Below are positions 18,878 through 29,846 of a stretch of DNA of 55,354 nt, in pieces. The DNA lies in contig MRSU01011229.1 of NCBI GenBank assembly GCA_008369845.1, positions 1 through 55,354 of the forward strand, read 5' to 3'. Each line of letters opens with the position of its first letter. The first letter of the stretch is position 1. This DNA is from Trichomonas gallinae (taxonomy: Eukaryota). Position numbers and translations under genes: made by a program. A model generated the notes under the pieces. That model was not told the DNA's origin. It was given only the letters and a program-made list of their open reading frames with translations, and did not search any database.

Positions 18878-19285
18878 CTTGTGTTATAATCTACTTAAAA
18901 GTTGATTTTCTATCTTAATTCTTGTTTTTTTACACACAAATAATTCATAAGGCGATATAAATCACGACATATATATTAAATTAAAATATAAAAACCCAAT
19001 AGAAAGATATTCGAATATTTTGTAGTTGCAATGGACATGTATACTATATATGCCCCATTCATGTAATGTAATATCCAATAAATTATCTAAAAATACATCG
19101 TAATCATTATAGAATCATGTGTATTGTTCTGATTTAAAAATCGCAGAATATAATGATGTAAACATATAATAGTAGAGTCAATAGATGATGCTGACTGAGT
19201 CTGACGCAATAAAATTGAATGCTTTCCATATGATGAGGATGTCAAAAAATTTGAATTGGAAAAAATCGTTTGTTGTCACTTTTTA

Positions 19286-20530
19286 ATGGATAAAGAGCGA
19301 AAAGCAATAGATGTCGAGGCTGGATCCCGCCAGCTTAAGGAGGAAAGCAACTCCAGGGACATGGTTCTTCACATTTTGTTCAACGCTTCGGGTCCTCTGT
19401 TGATGCTTTCCTTCGGCTCCGTTTCTCCTTTCATAATCGGACCATTAACTCTGTTATTAGTCGTTTTAGCCACATATTTCACGAAAAATACGTTTAGCTG
19501 GTCTCTTGTCGGAATTAAATATTATATCGATAAAAATCAACAGCCAACATTCCCACACATCATTTACAGCTCTCGTCCACTTCCTTTCGTCGCAACACTT
19601 TCTAATTCTAACGCGTTTTGGCTTACTTTATTCTTTTCGAACGTAATATTTATCTTATTGCTATTTTCTTCCCTTTTCACTGCAAATTATTCGAAATTAC
19701 TGTTTATTTTCATCATAGAATTCGTCAACGCAGCAAACTTACAGCTTCTAGTTGTATGTCATGGAAGAACAAAAACTGCATCAGACGCTGTTGCTAGAAA
19801 TCTTTTGCTTGACCCCCATGTCGAGTTCCAGAGTGTTATTGTCGAAGAATCCAGTGATGATTTCAATCCAAACCTTCCACAAGTCCAAGAACCAGAAAAA
19901 CTTGTTACATCTGGCGGATTGGCGATCCCAGAGAAATTCCTCGGCAAGGTTCAAGCAAAGGCACCACCAAAAGAGCCAGTTGAAGAACAGAAACCAGTAG
20001 TTGTCGTTACACAAAATGAAATGGAGAAAATAGAACAAAAACCAGTAGCTGTTGTTCCACCAAAAGTAGAACAACCAATAGAGAAGGTTGAAGAAAAGTC
20101 AGTTCCTATTGAAGAACTAAAAGAAGAGAAAGTTTCAGAAAAAGTTGAAATTCCAGAAGAAAAATTCAGTTTTCCATCATTCAACGACGAAGAAAACGTC
20201 AAGAATGAGAAGCCAAAGGAAGAAGAGCAAAAGCCAGCATTTCCAGATGCAGATTTTTCAGGCTTCAATACAAATGCGTTCGATAACAGCGGATTTAACA
20301 CGTCTGCCTTCGACAATGCTCCTCCTGCAGCTTCTTTCGGAAACAGCGACACATTCAGTCCATTTGGCGGCGACGTTTTTGCGAAATTCTCAACAGAAAA
20401 AGTTTCTGAGGCTCCAACATCATTCGGCGCCGATTTCGGGATCGTTGACGACGAGAACATCCAAAATGATGACGACGAAGAGAATGAAGAAGACAACGAA
20501 GACGATTTACCAAGCATTGACTCGTTCTAA
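19286..20530 (+). CDS. TVP23/FAM18 (DUF846, ECHIDNA)-like Golgi membrane protein with a long acidic C-terminal tail
   Basis: ATG 19286 follows an Inr. HILF..., YFTKN...SLVGIKYY, IYSSR and SNAFWL.L parallel TVP23 (FHL.F, FW.VKN...LVGLRWW, FESR, S.IFWL.L); about four TM segments, then a disordered tail. Confidence 0.72.
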   Translation: MDKERKAIDVEAGSRQLKEESNSRDMVLHILFNASGPLLMLSFGSVSPFIIGPLTLLLVVLATYFTKNTFSWSLVGIKYYIDKNQQPTFPHIIYSSRPLPFVATLSNSNAFWLTLFFSNVIFILLLFSSLFTANYSKLLFIFIIEFVNAANLQLLVVCHGRTKTASDAVARNLLLDPHVEFQSVIVEESSDDFNPNLPQVQEPEKLVTSGGLAIPEKFLGKVQAKAPPKEPVEEQKPVVVVTQNEMEKIEQKPVAVVPPKVEQPIEKVEEKSVPIEELKEEKVSEKVEIPEEKFSFPSFNDEENVKNEKPKEEEQKPAFPDADFSGFNTNAFDNSGFNTSAFDNAPPAASFGNSDTFSPFGGDVFAKFSTEKVSEAPTSFGADFGIVDDENIQNDDDEENEEDNEDDLPSIDSF

Positions 20531-21037
20531 TCCTATTCCCAATTAGTTTGTTTTGTATTTCTATATAAAATTATCTATATTATAAATTGGATAAAATCAA
20601 AAAACAAAATCAATTTGCTGTCAGCATCATTATCCATAAAGAGAAAGCTGTGAGAAAATCTATTCCATATGTCGAAGATTGGTGCATATAAAATAGTGAC
20701 TTCGACATCTATCTGAATGAAAAAGATGTTCATTTTATGAAGCAAAAATTAATGATGTTTTATTATATTTTTTAATGTAGAGAAAATTATCAAATTGATG
20801 TGAGAATTTCATGAAGCTTCAGCTTAAAGTTCCTACAATTCATAATGAAATCAAAACCTCAACACCAATAATTGCTCAGCATATTCTTCCAGGGATTATT
20901 TGATTATGATTGTTTTTTTTACAAACCATTTTACATGACAAAAATGAAGTATAAAAGTGACATTATTTTACGTGACAAAATTTTATAAAAGTGACAATAG
21001 TTTTTATTTTGAGAGGAAAATTTAGCCATACATATAA

Positions 21038-22036
21038 ATGTTGATTTCTGCGCCTCCACTTGGAAGAAGTGAGAATCACGGCTTCACAATCATACACAAT
21101 GGAAACAAGTATAACATTGACCCAATGAAATTCGCGGAAACATCAACGTTTTTTGCTACAAAATTGTTATCTCTTGATAATCGCCAGTTTGTTTTAAATG
21201 ACTTGCATTCGGAAAGAGCATTTCAGTCATTCATCAGAATGTGCAACTATGAAGAGATACAATTCAACTTTGATGACTTGATCGAATTGCAATCCATCTT
21301 TGATGAATGGAATTGTCCGAAACTAAAGGAATATGTCAATAAAGTAGTCGTAGATACTCCACATCTTCATTCAAAAGAGGAGCCTTTCGTTGAAATTCCA
21401 GCTGATCAAACAAAAGATGAGTTTCAACTTAAGCCAGTTCAGACAACAGGGGTAAATACTTCCAAAGAAACAAAACCTGCAACAGAAACAGCAATAAAAT
21501 TGCCTCCAACACCACCAGCTAAAGAGAAATCGCCGAAAAAAGAAACAAAACAAGAATCTCCAAAGCAAACAGGCCCAGTTAAGCTTCATATCAAGACACG
21601 TACAGGAAACCTCTATTCTATTGCAATTTCACGCGAAAGTACCGTTGAAAATCTCAAAAAAGTTATTACACAAAGAACTGGAATTCCTGTTAAGTCGCAA
21701 ATACTTTACTTCAACATGAAGATGCTAGAAAATCAAACAGTGATCGGTACAACAGGCGTGAAAGATAAATCAAGAATTTATTTGGAACGCTCAGATGATG
21801 AGCCTAAAGGCGATGAGATCACAGTTGTTGTACAACATCAGACATGCTCAGACATCCCATATTACATTTCTGCTTCACGCAAAATCGAAGATTTGTTAAT
21901 GTTCATCAGATTCAAAGAAGCAAGAGCTCCACCGCTCAACATCATGTTCGACAGAAAGATGCTCGATCCTCAGCAGACAATTAAAGAAGCCGGAATTCAA
22001 GATTACTCAAAAGTCATGCTCATCTGTTCTAACTAA
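21038..22036 (+). CDS. Protein with a BTB/POZ-like N-terminus and two C-terminal ubiquitin-like domains
   Basis: F.IIHNG.KY.ID..KF...S..F ... F..F...C ... L......W.C..L at the N-terminus; LHIKT.TG....I......TVENLK..I...TGIP...Q.L.F..K.LE and a second UBL ending LDP..TI..AGIQD.SKV.L. Confidence 0.8.
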   Translation: MLISAPPLGRSENHGFTIIHNGNKYNIDPMKFAETSTFFATKLLSLDNRQFVLNDLHSERAFQSFIRMCNYEEIQFNFDDLIELQSIFDEWNCPKLKEYVNKVVVDTPHLHSKEEPFVEIPADQTKDEFQLKPVQTTGVNTSKETKPATETAIKLPPTPPAKEKSPKKETKQESPKQTGPVKLHIKTRTGNLYSIAISRESTVENLKKVITQRTGIPVKSQILYFNMKMLENQTVIGTTGVKDKSRIYLERSDDEPKGDEITVVVQHQTCSDIPYYISASRKIEDLLMFIRFKEARAPPLNIMFDRKMLDPQQTIKEAGIQDYSKVMLICSN

Positions 22037-22474
22037 TATAGATAGAACAAAAATCATATAGAAATCATTTATACAAAGTTTTCTACCTATAAAATATCTA
22101 TCTTTTGTTTGATAACGAGTTTTCGTACATTTTTCACCAACATATATTATTGTATTGATTAACATAGCCTACTTATGCGAGAGTTTGACTATTTTCACAA
22201 TGACTTTATTTCTTTTTTTGCATTTATGCTAAAATTTGATTTGATATTGACTTTCATATTGAAGTTCTATGAAAGAATTCCATACTATAGAGTATTTATG
22301 ATTTTGTAATGACAGTGCCACAGTGAAAATACTCAAAATATCAATAAATTAACTTGATTTTTTAAATTTTGATGCTTGTCAAAAAACAATTTTACATGAC
22401 AAAATATTATTTACACGACAAATATTTATTTACATGACAAACATTCGTCACTTTTAGAATTATTCGTTAATTTA

Positions 22475-23332
22475 ATGACGCAAACGCGCGCAAAGACTTC
22501 TTTAACTTCAGACAGGGCATCTCGCTTGCCTGACCTTAACTCGCCAAAGGATGGATGCTCTAAGATATCTCAGGACGAAATTTACAATATCAAATTAAAA
22601 ACTCAGCAATTAGACTTAGAAAGAAAACAATTGAAGTCAAAAACAGCTTACATGAAGTCTCTCATAAAGGATCGCAATAACCAAATCAAAGGCGTTTACT
22701 CCGTTTCACAAGATAATAGAAACATTAAGACTGCGAGCAAAAATCAGCTTGCATCGCTCGAAAAAACAGCAGAATCACTACAAAATTCGTTAAATGAGCG
22801 TAAAAAACAACTCGATGATATCAAGAAAAGTGATAAACTCGCAATTTCCAAAGAGCTTCAGATAGAAATCCAGATGTATTATCTAGAGCAAAAACGCTTG
22901 GCTCAGGGAGTCAAAACAATGAAAGATAAAGAAGCAATTATTGAAATGGAATTAAATAGATTAAAAAAGCAAGCGGCATCGACAAAAGCAAACGAAGCAT
23001 GCATTGATGACTTACAGGCGGAGATAGATGGACTAACAGAGAAATTATTTGCGTATAATAAAAGTGAATTAAGGAATTACGCTACAAAACAGCTCAAGAT
23101 CATTCATGATCAGCCAAATGAACTCGAAAACATCAGAAAATCAATCGAAGAAAAGATCCGCAACGAAGAAAAAGAAATGCGCAAGAATCAACGAAAATTT
23201 GAGAAGATTCAGCAAAAGGAGAATGACAATATCCAGTATCTGCAACAGATCATAGACCAGCAAGCTCAGAAGATTCAAGAAGCTCTTGATAAATTGGAAA
23301 ATTCTGGTGAAGAAGAAGAAAAGAAGGAGTAA
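22475..23332 (+). CDS. Coiled-coil protein, function unknown
   Basis: 285-aa ATG ORF with near-continuous heptads; Inr at 22448. Confidence 0.82.
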   Translation: MTQTRAKTSLTSDRASRLPDLNSPKDGCSKISQDEIYNIKLKTQQLDLERKQLKSKTAYMKSLIKDRNNQIKGVYSVSQDNRNIKTASKNQLASLEKTAESLQNSLNERKKQLDDIKKSDKLAISKELQIEIQMYYLEQKRLAQGVKTMKDKEAIIEMELNRLKKQAASTKANEACIDDLQAEIDGLTEKLFAYNKSELRNYATKQLKIIHDQPNELENIRKSIEEKIRNEEKEMRKNQRKFEKIQQKENDNIQYLQQIIDQQAQKIQEALDKLENSGEEEEKKE

Positions 23333-23401
23333 TTATGTTCATATCTTTAGACTGTTATTAAACAATTTATTATTATAAAATTTATTACAAACAAATTTTT
23401 A

Positions 23402-24469
23402 TTAATAATTATTAACGTGAATCTTTGTTCCACAGTTTGGACATGTTCCGAATATGTAGTGAGAAGTGCTTTCTAGCTTCCTATTTTCACGCAGCCAATC
23501 TAATAAACAAGATTTATGATAATGTTTTGCGCATGATGGATTTTCGCAGACAATGTCTGGTAGTTCACCACCAAATCTCTCGCAGAAGCAAATTGGGCAC
23601 TCGATTTCAATTTGACTTTCATTCACTGTCTTTTTAGCGAATTCAACGCCAATAATGATTTGCAGGTTCTCTCTTATTGACCTTTTGATGTCCCATTGGC
23701 TGACATTCTGATCAAAACGATGCTGAAATTCAGATTTGACTTTTTCTGAGCCTTTAAACTTAACTATTGGACAAAAATCAGGTCTATTTGGTCTAACTTC
23801 TATTTGGACCCAAATCTGTGGATTGATATAAATTAATCTCATGCAACAATTTAATGTTGGAACGTGAGGATCAATAACAATTGTATTTTTGTCGAGATCT
23901 TCTAGTTGCACCCATAATTTATTAAGCTTGGGCAATTCTTGCTTATATTGATCGATAATCGAAGATAATTTCGAAGTCTGTGAGTCCCAGTCATAATTTA
24001 GAGTTATAGGGAGATTTGTTGTAACCACAGGAGCAGTATATGGGAATGTTGAAGGCAAATCAAAGCGAAATTCGATTTTTCTTTTGAATTCATCGAGAAA
24101 AACCACATCAAAGTTAGATAAAGTGACATCAACACGTGTAATTTTGTCCCATCCGATAGCATTAATGTCTTGAATGACTCTTTTGTAATAAGATGTCGAG
24201 ATATTGTTTTGATCCCTTTTAATTACAGGATTTAGTTGTAATATTAAGTCATTAAGTTGTTTATAGAAAATATCGATGGTTTCTGAACGTTCAAGCTCTG
24301 TTTTAATGAATTGTTCTTTGCCTGAGATTAAATTTGCAAATTTCGGCTCCGCGTCGAAGTATATCGGGTTTTTAGAGGCCCTGCATATGTAATCTTCGTT
24401 GTTAAAGGTCATAATACAAATGCTTAAGTTTTTATTTTTTCGATCAGGAACAATTAGAAAACGAGACAT
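23402..24469 (-). CDS. FANCL: E3 ubiquitin ligase FANCL
   Basis: I..IGWDK, D...R, FP..AP....LP, W..L.DLD....VIDP..PT.....R.I, IEV.P..P...P...F.G, W....SI.ENL, and a C-terminal C4HC3 RING (CPIC...PDIVC.N..C...YH..CL..WL...IFG.CP.C). Confidence 0.9.
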   Translation of the reverse strand: MSRFLIVPDRKNKNLSICIMTFNNEDYICRASKNPIYFDAEPKFANLISGKEQFIKTELERSETIDIFYKQLNDLILQLNPVIKRDQNNISTSYYKRVIQDINAIGWDKITRVDVTLSNFDVVFLDEFKRKIEFRFDLPSTFPYTAPVVTTNLPITLNYDWDSQTSKLSSIIDQYKQELPKLNKLWVQLEDLDKNTIVIDPHVPTLNCCMRLIYINPQIWVQIEVRPNRPDFCPIVKFKGSEKVKSEFQHRFDQNVSQWDIKRSIRENLQIIIGVEFAKKTVNESQIEIECPICFCERFGGELPDIVCENPSCAKHYHKSCLLDWLRENRKLESTSHYIFGTCPNCGTKIHVNNY

Positions 24470-24530
24470 GAATATTTTTAGTCTTTACTAGAAAAAGATA
24501 TATATATTTGTTTTTATATTAATTTTTTTG

Positions 24531-25718
24531 ATGAATCTTTCTCTGACTTCATTGAAGTTGCAACACATATCGAAATCACCATTAATGGTTGGCAATAGAA
24601 TAACTGCATGCAATATGAAGGTCAACAACATAATATCCCCGATATTTTATAATCAACAAAAATTATTATTAACGAAATCAACATTCGCAAATTCTATTTC
24701 GCCAGCTGTTTATTCAAGTATTACAATTAACCAGACAATTCTTCATCCCCTTCATTTTTCGATTTCGCATCCTTTAGATTTAACGATAGAAGAAGCTTCT
24801 TTTGCTAATTTCAAGTTCACTTCAGTAGTAGCTAAATCGGAATTATACGTAGAAGGTACAAATATCAAAATTTCGAATTCTAATTTTCAAAATTGCTTTT
24901 CTCCGCAAGAAGGTGGCTGCTTATACATAAAATTCGAGTCAGCATCAGTAAAGAAAATCTGTTGTGACTCTTGTTCATCAGAAAAACGAGGCCATTTCTT
25001 ATACAATGAAAATACAAATATGGAAGATAACAGGATGTGCAATTTGTTCAGAACACCTGCATATTCACCAGGTGATTCTGCAATATATACAGATTCTCTC
25101 GAAGGAAAACGCGTTGCGTTTTATAGTTTTAATATTTCAAATTCTAAAACTCCGAAGGCTGTTTCAGCATTCACTGGTATTGGTGTAAAGTGCCCATTAT
25201 ATGCTTTTGTGATTTCAAACAATACAGGAAAATCAAATTTGAAATTAGTTTCAATAACACGCGGACTGTTTACAGCTTTGTATTTCATAAACTGTAAACA
25301 CACTGATGCAGCTGTTGTCTTTCAAAGACTCAAAGAAAGTCGAGTAACACGATTATACATCACAGGATGTGGCTCAAACTTATTCAATGTCACTGAAGGC
25401 GAATTAGACAGCGTTGCAGGCGAAATTGACACACTTCCAACAACATCAGGTGATATCTACATGAACAAGACATTTCCACACTTGATATGGGGAAGGAATG
25501 TTACTATTAAGCTTCCTTTCGAAGAAATTTTACCAGACAAATGCATAATAACACCACAATATCAAAGACCAGATTCAATCAAAATATTATTCGGCGTTGC
25601 AATAGCAATAAACGCTGTAGTTCTCATAGTATGCCTCATTTGCATCATATTCGATGTCAGGAGGACGCTGCTCAAACCTCCGGATGATTTTTCATCTGGA
25701 ATCTCACCACAACCATGA
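24531..25718 (+). CDS. Single-pass membrane protein with a beta-helix-like extracellular region
   Basis: ATG 24531; repeats such as I.ISNSNFQNC.S...GGCLYI; C-terminal TM ILFGVAIAINAVVLIVCLICIIF and a short tail. Confidence 0.75.
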   Translation: MNLSLTSLKLQHISKSPLMVGNRITACNMKVNNIISPIFYNQQKLLLTKSTFANSISPAVYSSITINQTILHPLHFSISHPLDLTIEEASFANFKFTSVVAKSELYVEGTNIKISNSNFQNCFSPQEGGCLYIKFESASVKKICCDSCSSEKRGHFLYNENTNMEDNRMCNLFRTPAYSPGDSAIYTDSLEGKRVAFYSFNISNSKTPKAVSAFTGIGVKCPLYAFVISNNTGKSNLKLVSITRGLFTALYFINCKHTDAAVVFQRLKESRVTRLYITGCGSNLFNVTEGELDSVAGEIDTLPTTSGDIYMNKTFPHLIWGRNVTIKLPFEEILPDKCIITPQYQRPDSIKILFGVAIAINAVVLIVCLICIIFDVRRTLLKPPDDFSSGISPQP

Positions 25719-26082
25719 TTTCATTTTGTTTGTTCTTTTTAGTAAAAATTTTAGTCCATTTCAAAATCTCTTCACCCTATTTCCAAGCATTTCAAAACAT
25801 ATTTTATTACATCAAAAAAATATTTCGATTTTACAAAATACATGAGTAAAATATCAATTTACATAAGAGAAGTTAAAACTATGATAAAGGTATCATCTTC
25901 CAAAAATGAATTATTTAATTTTGATAAAAATATTATTTCATATTGATCAACTTTTCATACATTTTTGGAATATATGATGGATATAATTATTAGTAATAGT
26001 CTTCAATTTATGATTTAGATTTTTGCCATGTAAAGTATTTTTGTCAGAAATGTTTTGTCTTTGGGCAATTTAGGCACTTTTC

Positions 26083-26928
26083 ATGTCGACGCGCTTTGCC
26101 CAAATTGTTATGGGACCGGCCGGCTCCGGAAAGTCTACATATATCAGGAGAATGGCCGACCACTATGAAACAATCAAGAGGGTCGTTCACTGCGTAAATC
26201 TCGATCCGGCCGCTGATGAATTATTTTATGATCCGGTAATTGATATCAGAGAAGCCATCAACGTCAAAGAAGTCATGAATAAATACGGATACGGACCAAA
26301 TGGAGCTCTTATTTACTGCATGGAACAAATCGTAAAAGATTACGAGTGGTTTGATACAGAAATTGGCGAGCATGAGTACGACTACCTCTTGATAGACTTC
26401 CCTGGACAGATAGAACTCTTTTCTCACCTTAATATTCTTCCGAGATTAATCTCAATGCTTCAAGAAAAAGGTTATCACTTATGCGCTGTTTTCCTCCTCG
26501 ACTCACAGTTTATGATTGACCCATCGAAATTCTTGAGTGGCGGCCTCGTCGCTTTATCCGCGATGACAATGCTCGAAATCCCGCATTTTAACATCCTTTC
26601 TAAGTGTGATCTTCTTAGTAACGAGCAGAAGGATATCTTAGACTTATATACCGAGATGGATACAATGAATCTTGCAGCAGCTGTTAAGAAAGGCACGAAT
26701 CTTGATAAATTGACAACAAAGATTTGTGAATTGATTGATACTTTCAACTTACTTCAGTTTTATCCACTCAATAACAAGGATGAAGATAATGTTGTTGGTA
26801 TTTCAACAGAAATCGATATTATTTTACAGTACTTCGATAATGCTGATCAGGATGATCCAGAATTCCAGGATCCAGAATTCGTTGATGAAGGTGACGGTGA
26901 TCCATTAGGTGGAAAATTTGAAGAATAA
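26083..26928 (+). CDS. GPN3: GPN-loop GTPase 3
   Basis: RFAQIVMGPAGSGKSTY, VNLDPA, YGPNGAL, DFPGQIELFSH, LSAM..LEIPH.N.LSKCDL. Confidence 0.93.
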   Translation: MSTRFAQIVMGPAGSGKSTYIRRMADHYETIKRVVHCVNLDPAADELFYDPVIDIREAINVKEVMNKYGYGPNGALIYCMEQIVKDYEWFDTEIGEHEYDYLLIDFPGQIELFSHLNILPRLISMLQEKGYHLCAVFLLDSQFMIDPSKFLSGGLVALSAMTMLEIPHFNILSKCDLLSNEQKDILDLYTEMDTMNLAAAVKKGTNLDKLTTKICELIDTFNLLQFYPLNNKDEDNVVGISTEIDIILQYFDNADQDDPEFQDPEFVDEGDGDPLGGKFEE

Positions 26929-27127
26929 ATTTATAGATATTTTTTATATATATCATACACTGGTGCATAAAATATAGCTGATTAAAGTTGTAAATTAGAA
27001 AAAAAGTAATATCTAACAATTATTTACATATATAAGAATAATAGATTAATATGAACATGAATAAAATGTTTTTGAGCATATGATATTTGGTATTAAAGAA
27101 GCCAAAAATTGATATAACAAGGAAAAA

Positions 27128-28078
27128 TTATTTTGGATAAATATAATTCGAAATTCCAATGCAAACAACCATAAATATTGGTGTTGGCCTGTGAACATTG
27201 ATTTCGAATGTGTTACTGGAAATTTTTCGCATTGTGATTGCTTTTTCTTCATTTTGATCTAATAATATTGCGTTTCTCATCGAAGCTAATGTGAAATGAC
27301 CATCAAATCGCAAAATCCATTTTCCATCTTTAAATCTAGGCGGTTTTGAGTGATATTCGTAATCTCCAAATTTTGCCAGGATTTGTCTTGGTCCTTCAAC
27401 GTCTGTATATGTACTATTGAAATTAACAGTTCCTATTTCAGCAGGACCGCTAAAAGCTTTGAATTCTGATTTTTTGAAGTTTGTTGTCATTTTATACTTA
27501 AATACTTGAGATTTCACGTGAACTTCTTGTCCTTCATTGATATATACATCGGGGATCATCATGCCGTGGTCTTTCGCAACCATAATCACATCTTCTTTGA
27601 TTTTGATTTTATAATATCTTTGTGATTTCAAATGCGTCTTTCTTTTTTCTCTATCGATAAAGAAAGTTCCTGTAATCAATTCTGTCGAAAAATTCGGCCT
27701 CTTGAAGTCAATTTCAGCGAGTTGTGAAATATTTTCTTGTACTGCTTGCATTTGTTGACCGGAGCTCGTATCTGCGATAACTGCAGACGAAAGCTGCACT
27801 TGGCCTTGTATTTGATTCGATTCTGATGCTTCCGAAAATTCTTGAATCTTATCAGACTCAGATTTTTCTATTTGCTCCTTTTTCTCTTTTTCCTTTGGAG
27901 GAGGTGGAGCAACTGGCTTAGGAAGTTCTTCCTTTTGTTCTTCTTTTTTCTGAATTCGAGTTCTTGTTCTCGTGTTTCCTGCGCCACGAGTATTGCGCGT
28001 GCGTTGCTTGTTCTCTGAGGCAGAAGGTCTGGATGTAATGATTATTTCCGAGTCATCATCAACTTCTGAAGATGACAT
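27128..28078 (-). CDS. Tubby C-terminal-domain-like protein
   Basis: Disordered N-terminus, then GPRQI...SKPP....W.L.F.G.FT.AS.RN......M.K....F, matching the Tubby GPR.M/NK.P.W/LNF.GRVT.ASVKN pattern. Confidence 0.7.
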   Translation of the reverse strand: MSSSEVDDDSEIIITSRPSASENKQRTRNTRGAGNTRTRTRIQKKEEQKEELPKPVAPPPPKEKEKKEQIEKSESDKIQEFSEASESNQIQGQVQLSSAVIADTSSGQQMQAVQENISQLAEIDFKRPNFSTELITGTFFIDREKRKTHLKSQRYYKIKIKEDVIMVAKDHGMMIPDVYINEGQEVHVKSQVFKYKMTTNFKKSEFKAFSGPAEIGTVNFNSTYTDVEGPRQILAKFGDYEYHSKPPRFKDGKWILRFDGHFTLASMRNAILLDQNEEKAITMRKISSNTFEINVHRPTPIFMVVCIGISNYIYPK

Positions 28079-29846
28079 TAAAAAAAATAAATCAGTTTTT
28101 CACCCTGAAATAAGGTTCAATGATAACTTATTCAAATTTGCAACTCTTTTATTTTTGGTTGGCCAAACTTCATCATCAAATCGATAAAAAGTCGTTGCTA
28201 TAGCTCACAGCAATACAGCCAATGCTTATAGGTCCTTATAACGGACAAATATTGAAAATCAAAAACACTTTATAAATGATATTTATTATGTTTCTTATTT
28301 TATATTATCATTTTCAAGTGCTTGTGAATGAAAGTAATTATAACTAATCGATAATGTAATGAATTCGTTTAATTAATAGATAATATAACGTGGAAAAGAA
28401 GAAAATATATTTCGTATGCTAGACAATCGATGTGTTGTGAACACTAATGAGTCATATAGGAAACCATAAATTTATATCACATTAAGATCACTTATGAGAC
28501 AGTGTATTTAGATAATTGATATTAGGAATCGATAGAATATTGAGTTATGCCATGTAAACATAATAAATGTGCTATTCAAATAGGGAATAGTCAGAGTTTT
28601 TCTTGGTGTCGATTGATATAATCGCTTTCAAAAGTGATATTATAATTATAGAATCATCTATATTGTTATTATAGATTTTACCCAACTCAGTAGGGAAAAG
28701 GAAGTTTGGAGAGAGTTGTTAATCATATGTAAGACATTTAATTTGTCTGGGGCGTGAAATGTTTTATGAAGGGAAGATAAAGAATCAGCATGTGTCTGAA
28801 TGCTAATAGAATATTTGAGTGATATATAATCGATTGTGAGATTTAATTTGTGATGAAGAAGTATGATAATAGTTGTGAAATTTTAATCATAGACATATTT
28901 TAGAATTGGTTTCATGGAACTTAATATATTTGGACACGATATTTACAAAATATCTATTTTTGGTCGAATACAGTTATACTCTTGAATAAATTGCCAAAAA
29001 AGAATTTTTGATGAATAAACTGTTTTAGTATATGATGTAAATGAGGAAAAATAGAAAATAAAAAAATAAAATCCTTTGACAATTTACTCATCATTAATTG
29101 AAATAAAACATATATGATTATGAATACAATGATAAAATACACTGAAAATAATGCAGTTTATCAACAGAAACAGAAAAAATTTCAAGTTAATCTCTGAAAG
29201 GTGGATATATATTAGAAGCAGAGATCAACCAATTTACAAATAAAATTTAACTGTTAATAAACAAATTCTGAACTTGATAAAATTTTCAATATTCATTTTT
29301 TGAGGAAAAGATTTTTCAGACTATTATAATGATAAATTTTTGTCCGCTAAAATTCTCCATGCAGAGTTAATCAAAGATAATAAAGAACATTATTGCGATC
29401 GATAGATATTCTGAGATGAAGAAAATTGAATTCATATAGTGAATTTTAAATTAACGAAATTAGATAAAAATAATCAACAAAAGTTCAGTAAGTCATAAGT
29501 CAATACTTACAACAGAATTGAAATTTAAATCGTTAAAAACTCACATGTATAAATTTTTTTCAATTGAAAATATCTTTAATGGAAAATATATTAATGCATA
29601 TGAATTATTATAAAATATTTAAATATTTTAATTTTCAATGTTATAAGAAATTGAATTTATCAATTCAATATTTTGAAAAGACAACGAAAATTTAAAATCC
29701 ACCTAAAACAATAATACATTCATTATCACATCAAAATTAATAAATACGTTAGAATTTGAGATCATAAATTTTGAATTATATTGAAAATTTCAAAACTTTA
29801 CGTTGTGAATAAATATAAATTTTAAAATCAAACAAAAACAAAATAC

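Noticed and set aside
19153..19204. Possible C/D snoRNA (ATGATG... CTGA)
   Set aside because: Imperfect C box, no terminal stem and no recognisable rRNA guide.
20669..20708. 9-bp inverted repeat ATGTCGAAG / CTTCGACAT
   Set aside because: Isolated, with an unpaired 22-nt loop; likely chance.
22391..22441. Regularly spaced short repeats (also 53671-53766) as a CRISPR-like array
   Set aside because: Repeats of 9-14 bp with spacers mostly under 10 bp, a eukaryotic context and no cas genes.
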